Assembly: GCA_044892505.1 (NCBI GenBank)
Contig: CM097883.1
Span: forward strand, 376,030,001 to 376,094,000
Direction of reading: 5' to 3'
DNA length: 64,000 bases
Source of the DNA: Schmidtea nova
Taxonomy: Eukaryota
The stretch's first letter is position 1; the number at the start of each line of letters is the position of its first letter. Below the pieces are notes generated by a model. The model saw only the letters and a list, made by a program, of their open reading frames with translations, searched no databases and was not told the DNA's origin. The position numbers and the translations under genes are program-made. This document shows, one piece after another, positions 37,084-48,402 of this stretch.

Positions 37084-38202
37084 ATGTTTTATGGCTCGAT
37101 GGGAAACAATTTATCTAATGAAGTCGATATCGGGACGGATTGTGACAGCAATTCGTTAGAATTCAACGTCGAAGATTATATGAAAAAAGCCACAGCAAGT
37201 TTCATTCGTCGATACCATGTGAATTCTTTCAATTTAAATAAATCAGCAGCAACGAAATCGTTATCAATCAAAGATTTCGTTCTTTATCAATGTCTCGGCA
37301 GTGGAGCTTTTGCAAAGGTTTATTTAGCCAATCACGTGTTGAATGAGAAAAGGTTTTATGCGATTAAACTGTTGAATAAGAAAAAAGTCGTTGCCGATCA
37401 CCAAGAGGGTCATGTGTTGTCAGAGAAGCGGTTGTTAAGTTCTGTGAATTTTCCGTTTTTAATTCGACTGAGTTCGAGTTTTCACGATGCGAGCAATTTG
37501 TATTTGGTATTGGAATTCATGCCCGGCGGAGAGCTATTTACATTGTTGAGAAGTCATTTGTGTTTTCTAGAGAGCACCGCTCGGTTCTATGCCGGACAAA
37601 TCGTGTTGGCTTTGGAATATTTGCATTGTCTTAATATTGCTTATAGGGATTTGAAACCGGAAAACATTTTGATTGGTGGTGATGGATATTTGAAAATCGC
37701 CGATTTTGGGTTTGCAAAGCTCGTACCAAATCGAACGTACACTCTGTGTGGGACACCGGAATATTTGGCGCCGGAAATCATTGGCAGCCGAGGATACAGT
37801 CGATCGGTTGATTGGTGGGCATTTGGCGTGTTGATTTACGAACTCGTGGCGGGATATTCGCCGTTTTTCTCGGAACACAGCCGACAGATTTATGAGAAAA
37901 TCTTGGCAACGAAATATTCGTTTCCGAAACACTTTTCAAAAGAATTGCGATCTCTTGTCGGTAAGTTGTTGGAGCCGGATTTGACAAAACGAATTGGAAC
38001 TTTGAAAAGTCGAGTCGAAGACGTTAAAGAACAGAAATGGTTTCGTGATCAGATTAGTTGGGCGAGTTTGTTTGAGAAGAATTTAGAGATTCCAGAGGAA
38101 ATTAGAAATAAAAAATCAAAAAAATCAATAACTCTAGGAAAGGTGACAATTTTGAATATCGATTCCGTTGATGCCTATGGAGATTTATTTGCGGGATTTT
38201 AA
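37084..38202 (+). CDS. PRKAC: cAMP-dependent protein kinase catalytic subunit-like, intronless divergent paralog
   Basis: Uninterrupted 372 aa; GSGAFAKV, YAIK, SEKRLL, YRDLKPEN, DFGFAK, RTYTLCGTPEYLAPE, DWWAFG, terminal FAGF. Confidence 0.92.
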   Translation: MFYGSMGNNLSNEVDIGTDCDSNSLEFNVEDYMKKATASFIRRYHVNSFNLNKSAATKSLSIKDFVLYQCLGSGAFAKVYLANHVLNEKRFYAIKLLNKKKVVADHQEGHVLSEKRLLSSVNFPFLIRLSSSFHDASNLYLVLEFMPGGELFTLLRSHLCFLESTARFYAGQIVLALEYLHCLNIAYRDLKPENILIGGDGYLKIADFGFAKLVPNRTYTLCGTPEYLAPEIIGSRGYSRSVDWWAFGVLIYELVAGYSPFFSEHSRQIYEKILATKYSFPKHFSKELRSLVGKLLEPDLTKRIGTLKSRVEDVKEQKWFRDQISWASLFEKNLEIPEEIRNKKSKKSITLGKVTILNIDSVDAYGDLFAGF

Positions 38203-39529
38203 AGGAAATTTTGATATGATATTTTTTTGTCTGAAGACTGCTTTAAATGATTTTGTACACTAATAGAAAAAATTCTTACTTTTTTTAAAAAAATTTTATT
38301 TTGTTTAAATACCCACATGAATTAAAACAAAATTATAATTAATTTGGTAGGTAGCAAGTAAATGAGATAGAATGAAAACATTGATGAAAAGTGAACCTGT
38401 GAAGACTTTTTCTCGCTTGGCTACGAATTGATATTGCAAACTAGAGAGCACTTTTTTATTTAACGTTGCCACCTTCATATGTTACTTAGCGATATTTCAC
38501 CACTTGTGTGAAAGTGATTTTTGTAACTGAAACCGAATTCATAATTCTCACACAATCATGTGTTTTCTGTCTTTTGTGAATGTTTTTCGATTAAAGTGCA
38601 AAATATCATACTCTAATGACACACGGACTCGTCAAAATGAAATATAATTTTATGAACTCTTTAAGGCAACACATCATGTTGTTTTATATTTCAGAGCAAA
38701 AGGTAGTAAGACCTAACCTCATTAGGATTCGCTTAGTCTCGACTTGATTAGTCTTCGAGCCATGTCGAAAGGAAAAAGAATAAATAATTAATCGGAAAAT
38801 TTCTCAACCAATGCAACGAAAAAAAATCATTCCCTTTGACCAGGGTATTGCATAATATTGAATATTGACCCGCCTCTTTTTATCAGTTTAAAAACAAGTG
38901 AAAAATTACATCATCCTGCAAAATTTCAGAAAAATGGCCTTTTCCCATGGTCACCGTAGTAGAGGACGAAAAGAAGCCAAATAGATCAAAATTTATTTTT
39001 AAAATGTGAAATTTATTGATATAATGTGCAGAAAGTCGATATCTTGCTGCAAATCAATCGATAATAAAGTGTATTAGTGTGCTTTATCGAATTTAATATC
39101 TTTGCATTGCAACAGTGGATTACCCGTTTGTATAGCCATGTCCAAAAATTATCATTTTTTGGCAAGAATTGTTTATTGGGGTAAGGGTACCTAGAACTTT
39201 AGTAAATATAATTAATTAATTACTTTTCATGCTTTCCAATGAGTAAGTTTTAACTTATTATTTTATTTAATTAAAAATATTAAGTTAATTATTTTATTTA
39301 ATTATTATTTAATTTATTAATTTTTTTAGCTTTTTATTTTTAAAAAAAAATTCTTTTCATGATCAGATATAATTATCAAAGGGGCTCTAAAATTATAAAT
39401 TTATTAAATATATTTCTTCAAAAATTACGTTTATTATTTTAAGTACCCCCAGTAAGTAAGTCTTACTTTATATTTTTCACCTTATTACCACTAAAGTTTT
39501 ACACTAATACTAAATTGTGATCTGTATTC

Positions 39530-39759
39530 CAGTGGTGGATCAAGTCAAATCGGGGCCTAAGCGGTAAAAATAACGGAGCCCTCAAAACCTCTTTTTTTAT
39601 TGGTGGAAAGACGATACTTTTTGCTTTCTGATGCTGGTAAATAGAAACCGACATAATAAAAGTGTTATTAAACAAAGTTTAACTTAAACATTTAACACAA
39701 TCGGCCTTTTTGGGGTCCCCCGTGGCCGCTTAGTACACTTACCGAATGATGCGCCACTG
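39530..39759. mobile_element. hAT-type MITE (230 bp)
   Basis: TIRs CAGTGGTGGATC / CAGTGGCGCATC; 8-bp TSD CTGTATTC / TTGTATTC. Confidence 0.8.
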
Positions 39760-42386
39760 TTGTATTCAAATAAAATATTTCATTTTTATTTATTAAAACT
39801 GATAACAACGCAATGCAATAATTTAAAGTTTATTTTTACTGCGTTTTGATTGGACGGCATATGCAAACGAATTTCTGGGACGGAGTAACTGTTACTTTGG
39901 CAGTTGATCCTGGTGACTTACCAAATGTCAGCACTTAGGCTATATTGTTGGGTTTAATAATGAAAGTCGGCAATTTTTATTTAATAGATTGGGCTACTCT
40001 GGTAAGTAACCTTCAAATTTTTTTTTCAAAAACTTCTGCTTCGAAGATGCAAGAAATGTTTTTTAAGACGAGCCACGCCTGTAGGGGCATCGACTTAACT
40101 CCGTCACTTTTCTAATTTATCTTCGTCTAGTCAGAATCTAATAATGGTTATCTGGATTGCTGGTTCAGAAATATCATGCCTTCAGGGTATTGGAACTTTG
40201 AGGAATATAAGGAATTAGGAATATCAGTAACACCAGGAACATCAGGGACTTTCGCATCGGTATACTTTGGGGACGTTGCTATATTTGGTTGATCAGCACT
40301 GGCTCACCGATAGCAGAGGCTTAGGTAGGGAACAATGGCGCATTGGTAACTTACTGATTATGTATCAAGGTATCTGTATAGCTTTAGTAGGAGTTTGTGC
40401 TTGTTTGTGCTTGTTTGTACTTGTCAGAAGTTTTGGATAATAGTGGTGATTGGTTTGTTTTTGTATTGGTACATTGGTTCATCAGTCTAAGCTCGTAGAA
40501 AGTAGAAGCATGTCAGAAACAATGGTTCATTGGTATCTTTCTGATTATCTATCTGGATATCTGTAAATATTCAGTGGTCAATATCTTGGGTAGTAGTTGT
40601 ATTTGGTTGATCATAAGGGTATCAGTATGTTGGTATTGAGGGTTTTTGTTATGGAAATATTTGTTTTCTAAAAATAAAGAGAGGGATAGAGAAAAAGAGG
40701 GGTGGAAAATATTCCATTGTATAAGTAAATAAAGAGGATTAGTAGGAAAGAGGAAAATATATGATTATTGCGTATATTGCAGAGCAAAGGGTAATTGAGA
40801 ATAGAGTCTGGTTAGGGCAAGGGTGATAAGGGAGTAGGGAAGTGAGAAGTTTTTAGTGTTCAGTAGAAATGAGATACGAATCCACCATCTGATTTAGATC
40901 TGTTTCATCTGGTGTGACAAGAGTATATCTTCTACTGAGGTATTTGAATGTATTTTTGGCTTCCAGAATCCATTATTCCATTTGCCATTTATAGTAATCA
41001 AGAATATTTTGGATTTTAATCAAGAATATTCTAGTTTAGGAAGAGAAATGGATACCATCATAGAGGATTTCAGTAGGATGACTCTAGAAAAGGCTTTGTT
41101 AATATTGTAATTTGATGTTCATATATTCAAAAAAAGAAAGGGTTTTAATCACGTCAAAGTGGGGTTAGTTGTAGGTATCATCTATGTCTTTTGGGATAAA
41201 TTTTATTAGGTATCTTTTTCAATTTCTATTTTTTACTGTAGTATTCTGCTCGTAGTTTTACTTTGTCTGGGAAGGATAGTGTTATTTTTGATTTCAGGTT
41301 TATCGTTGTTTTATGGGAGGCTATCAAAGATCAAACGGAAAGAAATCAAAAACCAAATCAACCAAACAAAACCGATCAATCACAGTTAAAAGTGTGCAAA
41401 CTAATCTCAGTTGCAAATCAAGTCACAGGTAGCGCAGCTACAACGGGATAAGGAACCATATTACGATTTGTTTTTTTTGTGAGTTATTAAATGTGATTGT
41501 TATATTAATGTGATAATAATATTATGTATTGTTTAATGATCAGAAACTTGTAAGTGCCCGAAAGAATCTCCAATTATTGTAGGGACAAACGGGGTGAATG
41601 TGTATATTTATGTGTGGTTGTGTGCGTGTGTATGTTGTAGAGACTAATTAACAATAGGAATACTAAATAACAAAACCTTTTTTTTACTTTATAAAATTTT
41701 ATTTATCAAACCAAAAAAATAGTACATTAAATACTCACAGGTAACCGTAGGATGATAGTTGAAATATAATTGTTAGGTAATTGTTGAAGAATAGTAGAAA
41801 ATCAATACCAGGATGATACTGGTTGGCTGATTGTTGTATAATACTGGAAAAATAATTGAAAAATTGGATCTCTTTCGTTTTTGCTTTCTTACAATAGGTA
41901 ATTTAGGTGTAATTGTTAGTTAATTATGGAATAATGTTTGACTCACAAAATCGAGATTATACGGTTAGCTGATTGTTGAATAGTGCTAGAAATTTAATTG
42001 CAGGATTAGGATCTCTTTCGTTTTGCTATATAGAGATGGGTAGAGATTTTCTTTAACTTCTTTAGCTATTAGATAATTTTCTTTAATAAACTTTATTAAT
42101 TGTTTTTTAATCGATATTTTTAATTTGTGATTTGGCTTACTATAGTAATTTACTATAGCAAGCCAAATTTAAACTTATTATTCAAATTTATAAAATTAGA
42201 ATGTGATGCATAAAAAAATAAAAATTAATAACGAGGGGGGAACTACAGGGGAAAATCAAGCATATGAATCGTGAACATTACAAACCAGATGGATAAACGA
42301 ATTGGTATCAGATATGTTTGCATCAGTAAATCCAGAATTATAAAGAGCGTTAAAAGAGATAATATTCAGCAAGAATCCAAACAACT

Positions 42387-43923
42387 ATGGACAAGATTAA
42401 AGAAATAATTTCAAAAATTATCGAAGGAAAAGTACGAATGACGCTAAAAAGTCCTGCAGACATGGCAAAAAATTATCTCAATATTAACAATCAATACGAA
42501 AAAACCAGTAAAGTATTGTTGAGGATACCAAAATAACAAATTTACAAATAAATAAATAAAATTACCTGGGGTAAAATCGTCATGACAAAGGAGACAGTCA
42601 ATGGGAACACGAAAAAGAAAACGGAAATAAAAAAAAAATGAGAAATGAGAAATGAGAAAGATGAATCAGAGAAAAGAAATCAGACAAGTAAACAAAAACA
42701 AAGGTCAGCACTAATTAATTAGTACAAAAGGAAAAGGAATTTCAAACTCGGGAAAAATAGACATAACAACAATGTTCTTATCTCAACAGCTTGTCAGAGA
42801 TAACGAAAACGAAAAGAAAACAGGCCGTAGCGGTGAAAAGGAAAAACAGAGAATATCTTGACAGCTGTCAGAGATAACTCTATTGCAGAAAAAAGTCGGG
42901 GAATTAAGTGAAGAAAAAATGGGAAATGAGAAATAAAACTAAGTGCCACAAAGTGTCGAGATATAAAAAGAGGAAGCACAGTAAAAGCAGTCAGAATATT
43001 TTGGACAGAACAGTTGAGAGACAGAATATTGTTAGATGGAACTTTGGAGAGGAAAACATTGTTAGAGATAATATTGTCAAAAATACTTGGAACAGAGGAT
43101 CGAATTCAGAGGAAAACAGAAGACAATACAAAGATATTTATTTGGAGAAATTGAAGAAAATCGGGAATAAAATTCGAAGCAGAAAACTTAAGAGAAAATT
43201 TAAAGAAGAGTTAAAAGGAGAAACAGAAACAAAGGGATAAACATCTGGAACCTATTCAGTTAATAACCGATTAAAGTTTGGAGTAAATCCAAGTCAAGCC
43301 AAGAAAGTAACCAGTTAAATTACCTTGTTATACCGCTCAGTAGTGAATGATTGTCTGCATCCATGTTATTCATGAGTGCTAGTCTTCACCATCGTATTGT
43401 AATAAGCTGCATAATCAGTTGTTAAATTGTTGAATTTTGATCCCCTTAGTGTAAATTGAAAATATTTGTGATACTCAATAAAGTTTTTCAGTGTTAATTG
43501 TTATTTTTGGGTCAATTAAAGGCACGCTTTGGAGTCAGATATTTGATTGATAACCTTTACCATTTCACTAACAACCCGATAACCCGATAACCCAACAGTA
43601 TCTAATAGTCTAGCGTACTTAATGTACAACATGCTTGTCTTGTACAAAAGAGAACACCCAGATACAATCCAGATGCTCACATATTTACAATTATGGAAAT
43701 CATCAGAAAGTCGGTAGAGCCGTATGTAGTGAAGCAAGGAGGTTGGAAAACATTCATCAACTCATCAGATAAACTAGTTCAACCGGAAAGAATTCAACTA
43801 AAATTGAGAGAATCGTTAACAGAATTCGAAGGATCTATGAATAGTATGTTTGTGTTGATTTCGGAAAGGAGTTCAATGTTGATGAAATTCGTTGTTGAAA
43901 TAAGGTTTGATGTATATTTTTAG
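42387..43923 (+). pseudogene. Bcl-2-like ORF interrupted by a solo LTR
   Basis: Removing 42517-43601 restores the frame ..EKTSKV|SNSLAYLMYNML..; after a frameshift, SVEPYVVKQGGWKTFI resembles Bcl-xL BH2 LEPWIQENGGWDTFV. Confidence 0.5.
42517..43597 (+). repeat. Solo LTR related to the 8672-9811 LTR
   Basis: TGTTGAGG...CCCAACA with 4-bp TSD GTAT; long similarity blocks to the reverse complement of 8672-9560. Confidence 0.9.
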
Positions 43924-45321
43924 TATTTTTCTCTAATAGTTGCAGCATGTTTTCTTTAAACTCAGTTATTCGCAATTAGATTTAATTATTTGGTTTGTCG
44001 AATAAGGACCAGTAAGCGGGAAAGTGGTGAAAGAATTTTAATAGGCGTGACGTAAGTTCTCCTGGATGTCAGGTAATGATGCATCCCTCGTCATCTATGA
44101 AGTCCTTGCTTTCAATGCTGTCGTTCTCGTTCATAGTTCACTCTTTCACGAAGCTTTTCCTTATTTCTATCAGAGTCAATGCTTTCTTTATTGCTTTATA
44201 TTGAACATTCAATATTAGTGCAGTTGTATTCAGTCCTTGGTCCAGTCAGAGTCCAATTCAAATTCCTATTCGGTTTTATCAGAGTTAGAGCTCTCTGTGG
44301 CACAACTCTCAGAGTCTTTTTAATTGTTAGTCATTTTTGTTTTTGTGTTTTTTATTTTTTTATTTGAGATGATGAGGAGTGTAGATCTTCATTGTAGTTA
44401 TCGGTATCGGTGGAGTCATTGTCATTGCTGTTAGAGTTACAGCAATCTTCATTTTCATTGTTAGGGTATATATAATCACAGTCTAACGAGTAGTCGTTGT
44501 CACTACTGCTGAAGTCTTAGTTTTCATTTTCATTGTATTTCGTTTCGGTTTTATTGGAGTCGTCGCTTTCTGAGGCGCAATTCTCTGTCTCGAGCTCTTA
44601 TTTTCATAATTCACTAATACCCAACACAATAAAATTTAGAGATTGATAAAGATTATTTTATAATCGAAAATTTTCATTTAATAAAAACTTTGACGCAAGG
44701 GATTATTTTATTGGTTAATAATTATTTAACTTTTATTTGCGTCCAACACAATTACTATAATCGGTCAATTACACTTTCTCTATGCACTTTCCTTGCTTTA
44801 GAGTTAGATTGGGACTAACTGATCTGTTTTCGTCTGAGCTTAGGTTGATGCTCCTTTTTACCGTTCTGGTTCTTGGGCCTTTGCACATTTGTTCCTAACT
44901 TCACATGATTCGATTTGAACTTGTCAACACAAGTATCTTTATGTTCTTGTTGCATAGATTTGTTGATTGATATATGGGTAAGGGTTTCAACAGACTTAGT
45001 TAACTCGTTGCTTCTACTGGCTCTCTTTTCTCAATCGCAACCTTTTTACTTACTGTACTTTTACTTTTGCTAAACAGGAAAAACACTGTACAAGAAAATG
45101 AGAAATTATTTGCTCTGTCCAAATGATTTGGTTCTTTTCCCCTTTTTATTTTATTTACTTTAATTAACTTCGCTACCAGCTAGTCTTTATTTGGTTATCT
45201 TGTAGTTTACTATCATCAATCTTATCGTCATTATCTCTTTGTCCCGTTATCTCTCTTTCTGTCCATGTTGACTTGATTCTGCTTCTGTGACTGTTTATTT
45301 ATACTTATTCGTTCGTCTTGA

Positions 45322-45756
45322 TTATCTTTGTATTGAATTTTGTTTTTGATTTCGTTCATCTCGTTTAATGTTTTCTTTTCTTTTTAATGCATTTTTATAT
45401 TCATCCGTAAACAATTCGTCTGTCATAATGTCAAAGATATCACTGTCTAACCTGAAATCATCAAAAGAAGCATTGCATTGTTGACGTATGTCAGATGTTT
45501 GAATTCTCGATATTAAAATTGACTTTGAATAACAATTAACTTTCTTAAATTGAAAAGTAGGATTGATATCACTTGGGAATATAATATTATTTCCACAATC
45601 TATAGAAATACGCTCTTTCGTTTCCAAAACATCGTCTTCAGTTTGAATGACAACCATTGAATCAGAGTCCTCTTGCGTGAAAACTTTGCGGACATGATCA
45701 AAATGTGATGCGATTAGCTCCGAATTCATTTCAATCATAGAGAAAATTTCCTTCAT
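45322..45756 (-). CDS. Unidentified ORF continuing into decayed K/N/D/S-rich coding-like sequence to ~44100
   Basis: 144-aa ORF downstream of a motif array; no family recognised. Confidence 0.35.
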   Translation of the reverse strand: MKEIFSMIEMNSELIASHFDHVRKVFTQEDSDSMVVIQTEDDVLETKERISIDCGNNIIFPSDINPTFQFKKVNCYSKSILISRIQTSDIRQQCNASFDDFRLDSDIFDIMTDELFTDEYKNALKRKENIKRDERNQKQNSIQR

Positions 45757-46055
45757 TTAAATTCACAGAAATTCAATTAAATCTTAAAAGAGCATCGACA
45801 AAACAACTCAGTTTCCTAAATGTCCAAATAAATCCAAACAATTAAACCAAATTTTAAATCACCACAAAATTCTAGAATACCAAAAACCTCGATAAAACCA
45901 AATCATCTCAGATCATAATCTTCAATTTTCAATAACTCTTACTAAGCTAAATTAAAAAAACCACGAAATTCTTATATCCAAATTGGATCGAACAAACAAA
46001 ACAGTCAAAGATTAATTTTATAAAACTTAACAATCCATAATTAGCATAATAATTA

Positions 46056-46260
46056 CGCACACAAACGCAGCAGCAATGAAATTCATAACCACGCGCACAC
46101 AGACGCGAGTCAGGAAAAAACAGGAATGCGTACACAGACGCGACATATAATACCATAGATAAGCGCACACAAACAGCCGAAACAATCAAAATTCGCACAC
46201 AGACCCATCCGACACCAGGCTGGTATAAATGCAGCGCACAACAGCCGAAACAGACATCTT
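46056..46260 (-). promoter_or_regulatory. GCGTCTGTGTGCG motif array (about 5 copies)
   Basis: + strand CGCACACA(G/A)AC(GC) at 46056, 46094, 46129, 46164, 46194; variant CCCATCCGAC at ~46204. Confidence 0.6.
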
Positions 46261-46589
46261 TCTCATAATTTTCATATCTTTCACAGACAATGCCTTTATC
46301 CAATAACATTGGTTATTTTAATCTCTATATATTTACTTTCAAATTTTTGTTTTTTCCGAATGCGATTTCTTTCTCATATCTTTATATCTCCACATTTCTC
46401 TATTCAACTTTCTAACAATAGTAAGCATCCATCTTTTATTCGCTCACACTTAACTATCTATTGACGGTATCTTCATTATAACCAGGCTAATACACAATAC
46501 TTTACAATAAATGCATTCCATTCATTGATTTCGACATTGTCTGAAAAATAATATTTATTTATTCTTTCCATTGTTTGCTATTTCAACTA

Positions 46590-47240
46590 TCAACTTTGAT
46601 GTTATTCATTGTCTTTTCGTACCACTATTGCTATGGGTGTTAATCATTGTCTTTTATCTTTAATTTTCAACACGTGCTACTCAATGTAACGCGATGAGTA
46701 TTTTCCATTTTTGGTGTTATTCATTGTCAATCAACGCATATTTTCACTTTTGATGTTAGTCATAGCGATTTCCCGCATATTTCTGCTTTTGATGTAATTC
46801 TTTGTCGCACAGCGTAATTTTCAAGTTTTGATGTTATTCACTGCAATGCAACACATATTTTCAATTTTGATTTTATTCAATGAAATACAACCCAAATTTT
46901 ATATTTTGATGTTAATCACCGAAATGTAACTTAAATTTTCACCTTTGATGTTACTTATCGCAATACAATTGTTTCTTGCCTATATTCTCACTTTTGGCAC
47001 TATTCACTGAAATGCTGCATATTTTTCCGATTTTTATGTTATTCATCGAAATACAACATTATTTTCAATTTCTGTTATTTACTGGAGTAAAATGCATTTT
47101 TCAGCTTTGGTGTTATTCACTGATTTGTTCGTTCACGTTTGTTCCAATATAATTTGTTTCGTCACTTTTGGTGTTTTTCATTGAAACACAACATATATTT
47201 TCAATTTCTATGTTATGCATTGAGTCACAAGGCATTTTCT
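46590..47240 (-). repeat. Degenerate 39-bp tandem repeat encoding 13-aa units
   Basis: Unit ttttgatgttattcactgcaatgcaacacatattttcaa; minus frame gives ENMCCIAVNNIK-like units. Confidence 0.7.
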
Positions 47241-47289
47241 TGTTGATTCTTATGAAAGTACTTTGCTAAATTCAAAAAATGACAAAACT

Positions 47290-48150
47290 CGATCTAATCG
47301 TCATGAGCCGAAATATGTGTTAGTATTGCCTTATTCTGAGAATTTAAGTATAAGATTCTCAAACACGTAGACCAATTTAGGATTGTTTCTACGTCTTGCA
47401 AAGTTAGCAATATGTTCACTAATAAATCTTCAATACCAATTGGTTTGTGTGCTGAGCTCGTGTAATAATTTTCATGTAATGGTTGTAATGCCACATACAT
47501 TAGAGAGACTACCCACTATCTCTTCACCCGAGTTCTTGAGTAGTGCCGACTAAATGAGCTGACTAATATTGGTAATCATTTTAGGAAATGTGTCAGTAAA
47601 AAATATGTATTTCTAGTTTTAAAATAATTGCAAAATGTTTGAGTAATTATTGGGAACGAGTAACTTGTGAGGCATTGTTGATTAGATATTTAAATTCAAA
47701 GATTAATGCACAAGTTGCCCGTTCCACGGATATTTTGAATGTGTTTAAGTAACTGGGTGTTGCATGTTGTGAATTGCGTTTTTGGTATAATTATGTTTGA
47801 GTTTGATAATATTTTTTATTTTTTTAAATTGTGTTTCTAAGTTTATGTTTTCAATTTTGATAAAAATTAATTAAAATTTTTGTGTTTTTTATGGATTTTT
47901 TAAAAAGAATTATGTTTTTATATATATTTTTTAAAAATTAAAAGTTTTAAGTGTAAAAAGTTATTTAAAAAATTGAATTTTGATACAATATGAGGATGCT
48001 TATTATTGATTAATTTGTTTGAATATTTAGTATTTTCTATTTATAATTGATTCCCAATGCTTGTCTGAAGATGACTGTTATTCGGACGATATTATTATGT
48101 ACAATAAAATTATTTGGCGCTTATCTATTATTAAATCATTGTCATTTTTT

Positions 48151-48158
<8 letters not shown>
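47290..48158 (+). mobile_element. Decayed Penelope-like 3' fragment (GIY-YIG region and 3' UTR)
   Basis: KVSNMFTNKSSIPIGLCAELV..FSCNGCNATYIRET homologous to 54259-54786; ends at an (ATT)n tract. Confidence 0.8.
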
Positions 48159-48189
<31 letters not shown>

Positions 48190-48402
48190 GCCACAGCACT
48201 ACGGGTATTAATTGAATCCATAAGACAAATTATAATATAACGTTTATTAATTTAAAATCCAATATTATTAAAACAAATTATAACGTTAATTTGTTTGAGG
48301 AGTTTCTAAAAATATAATTAATGTATAAGTAAGGATTTCAACATACAATCAAACATGCACAGCATCATACCATTATATTTTAATACAAATTACAAAAACG
48401 CC

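Noticed and set aside
40140-41260. Decayed minus-strand ORF (DGIHFS, hydrophobic stretch, P/T-rich repeats) as LINE esterase or env
   Set aside because: Too degraded to assign
43531-43538. GGAGTCAG as an AP-1 site
   Set aside because: Mismatch to TGA(C/G)TCA, and fixed spacing to AATAAA fits an RNA-level element better
45322-45756. INCENP N-terminus resemblance
   Set aside because: Only a short helix pattern matches; insufficient
46590-47240. 39-bp array as a CRISPR array
   Set aside because: Units are contiguous and degenerate with no unique spacers or cas genes
48060-48095. Hammerheads at ~48065 and ~59602
   Set aside because: CUGAAGA is present but GAAA, stem II or the cleavage triplet is broken; treated as decayed remnants
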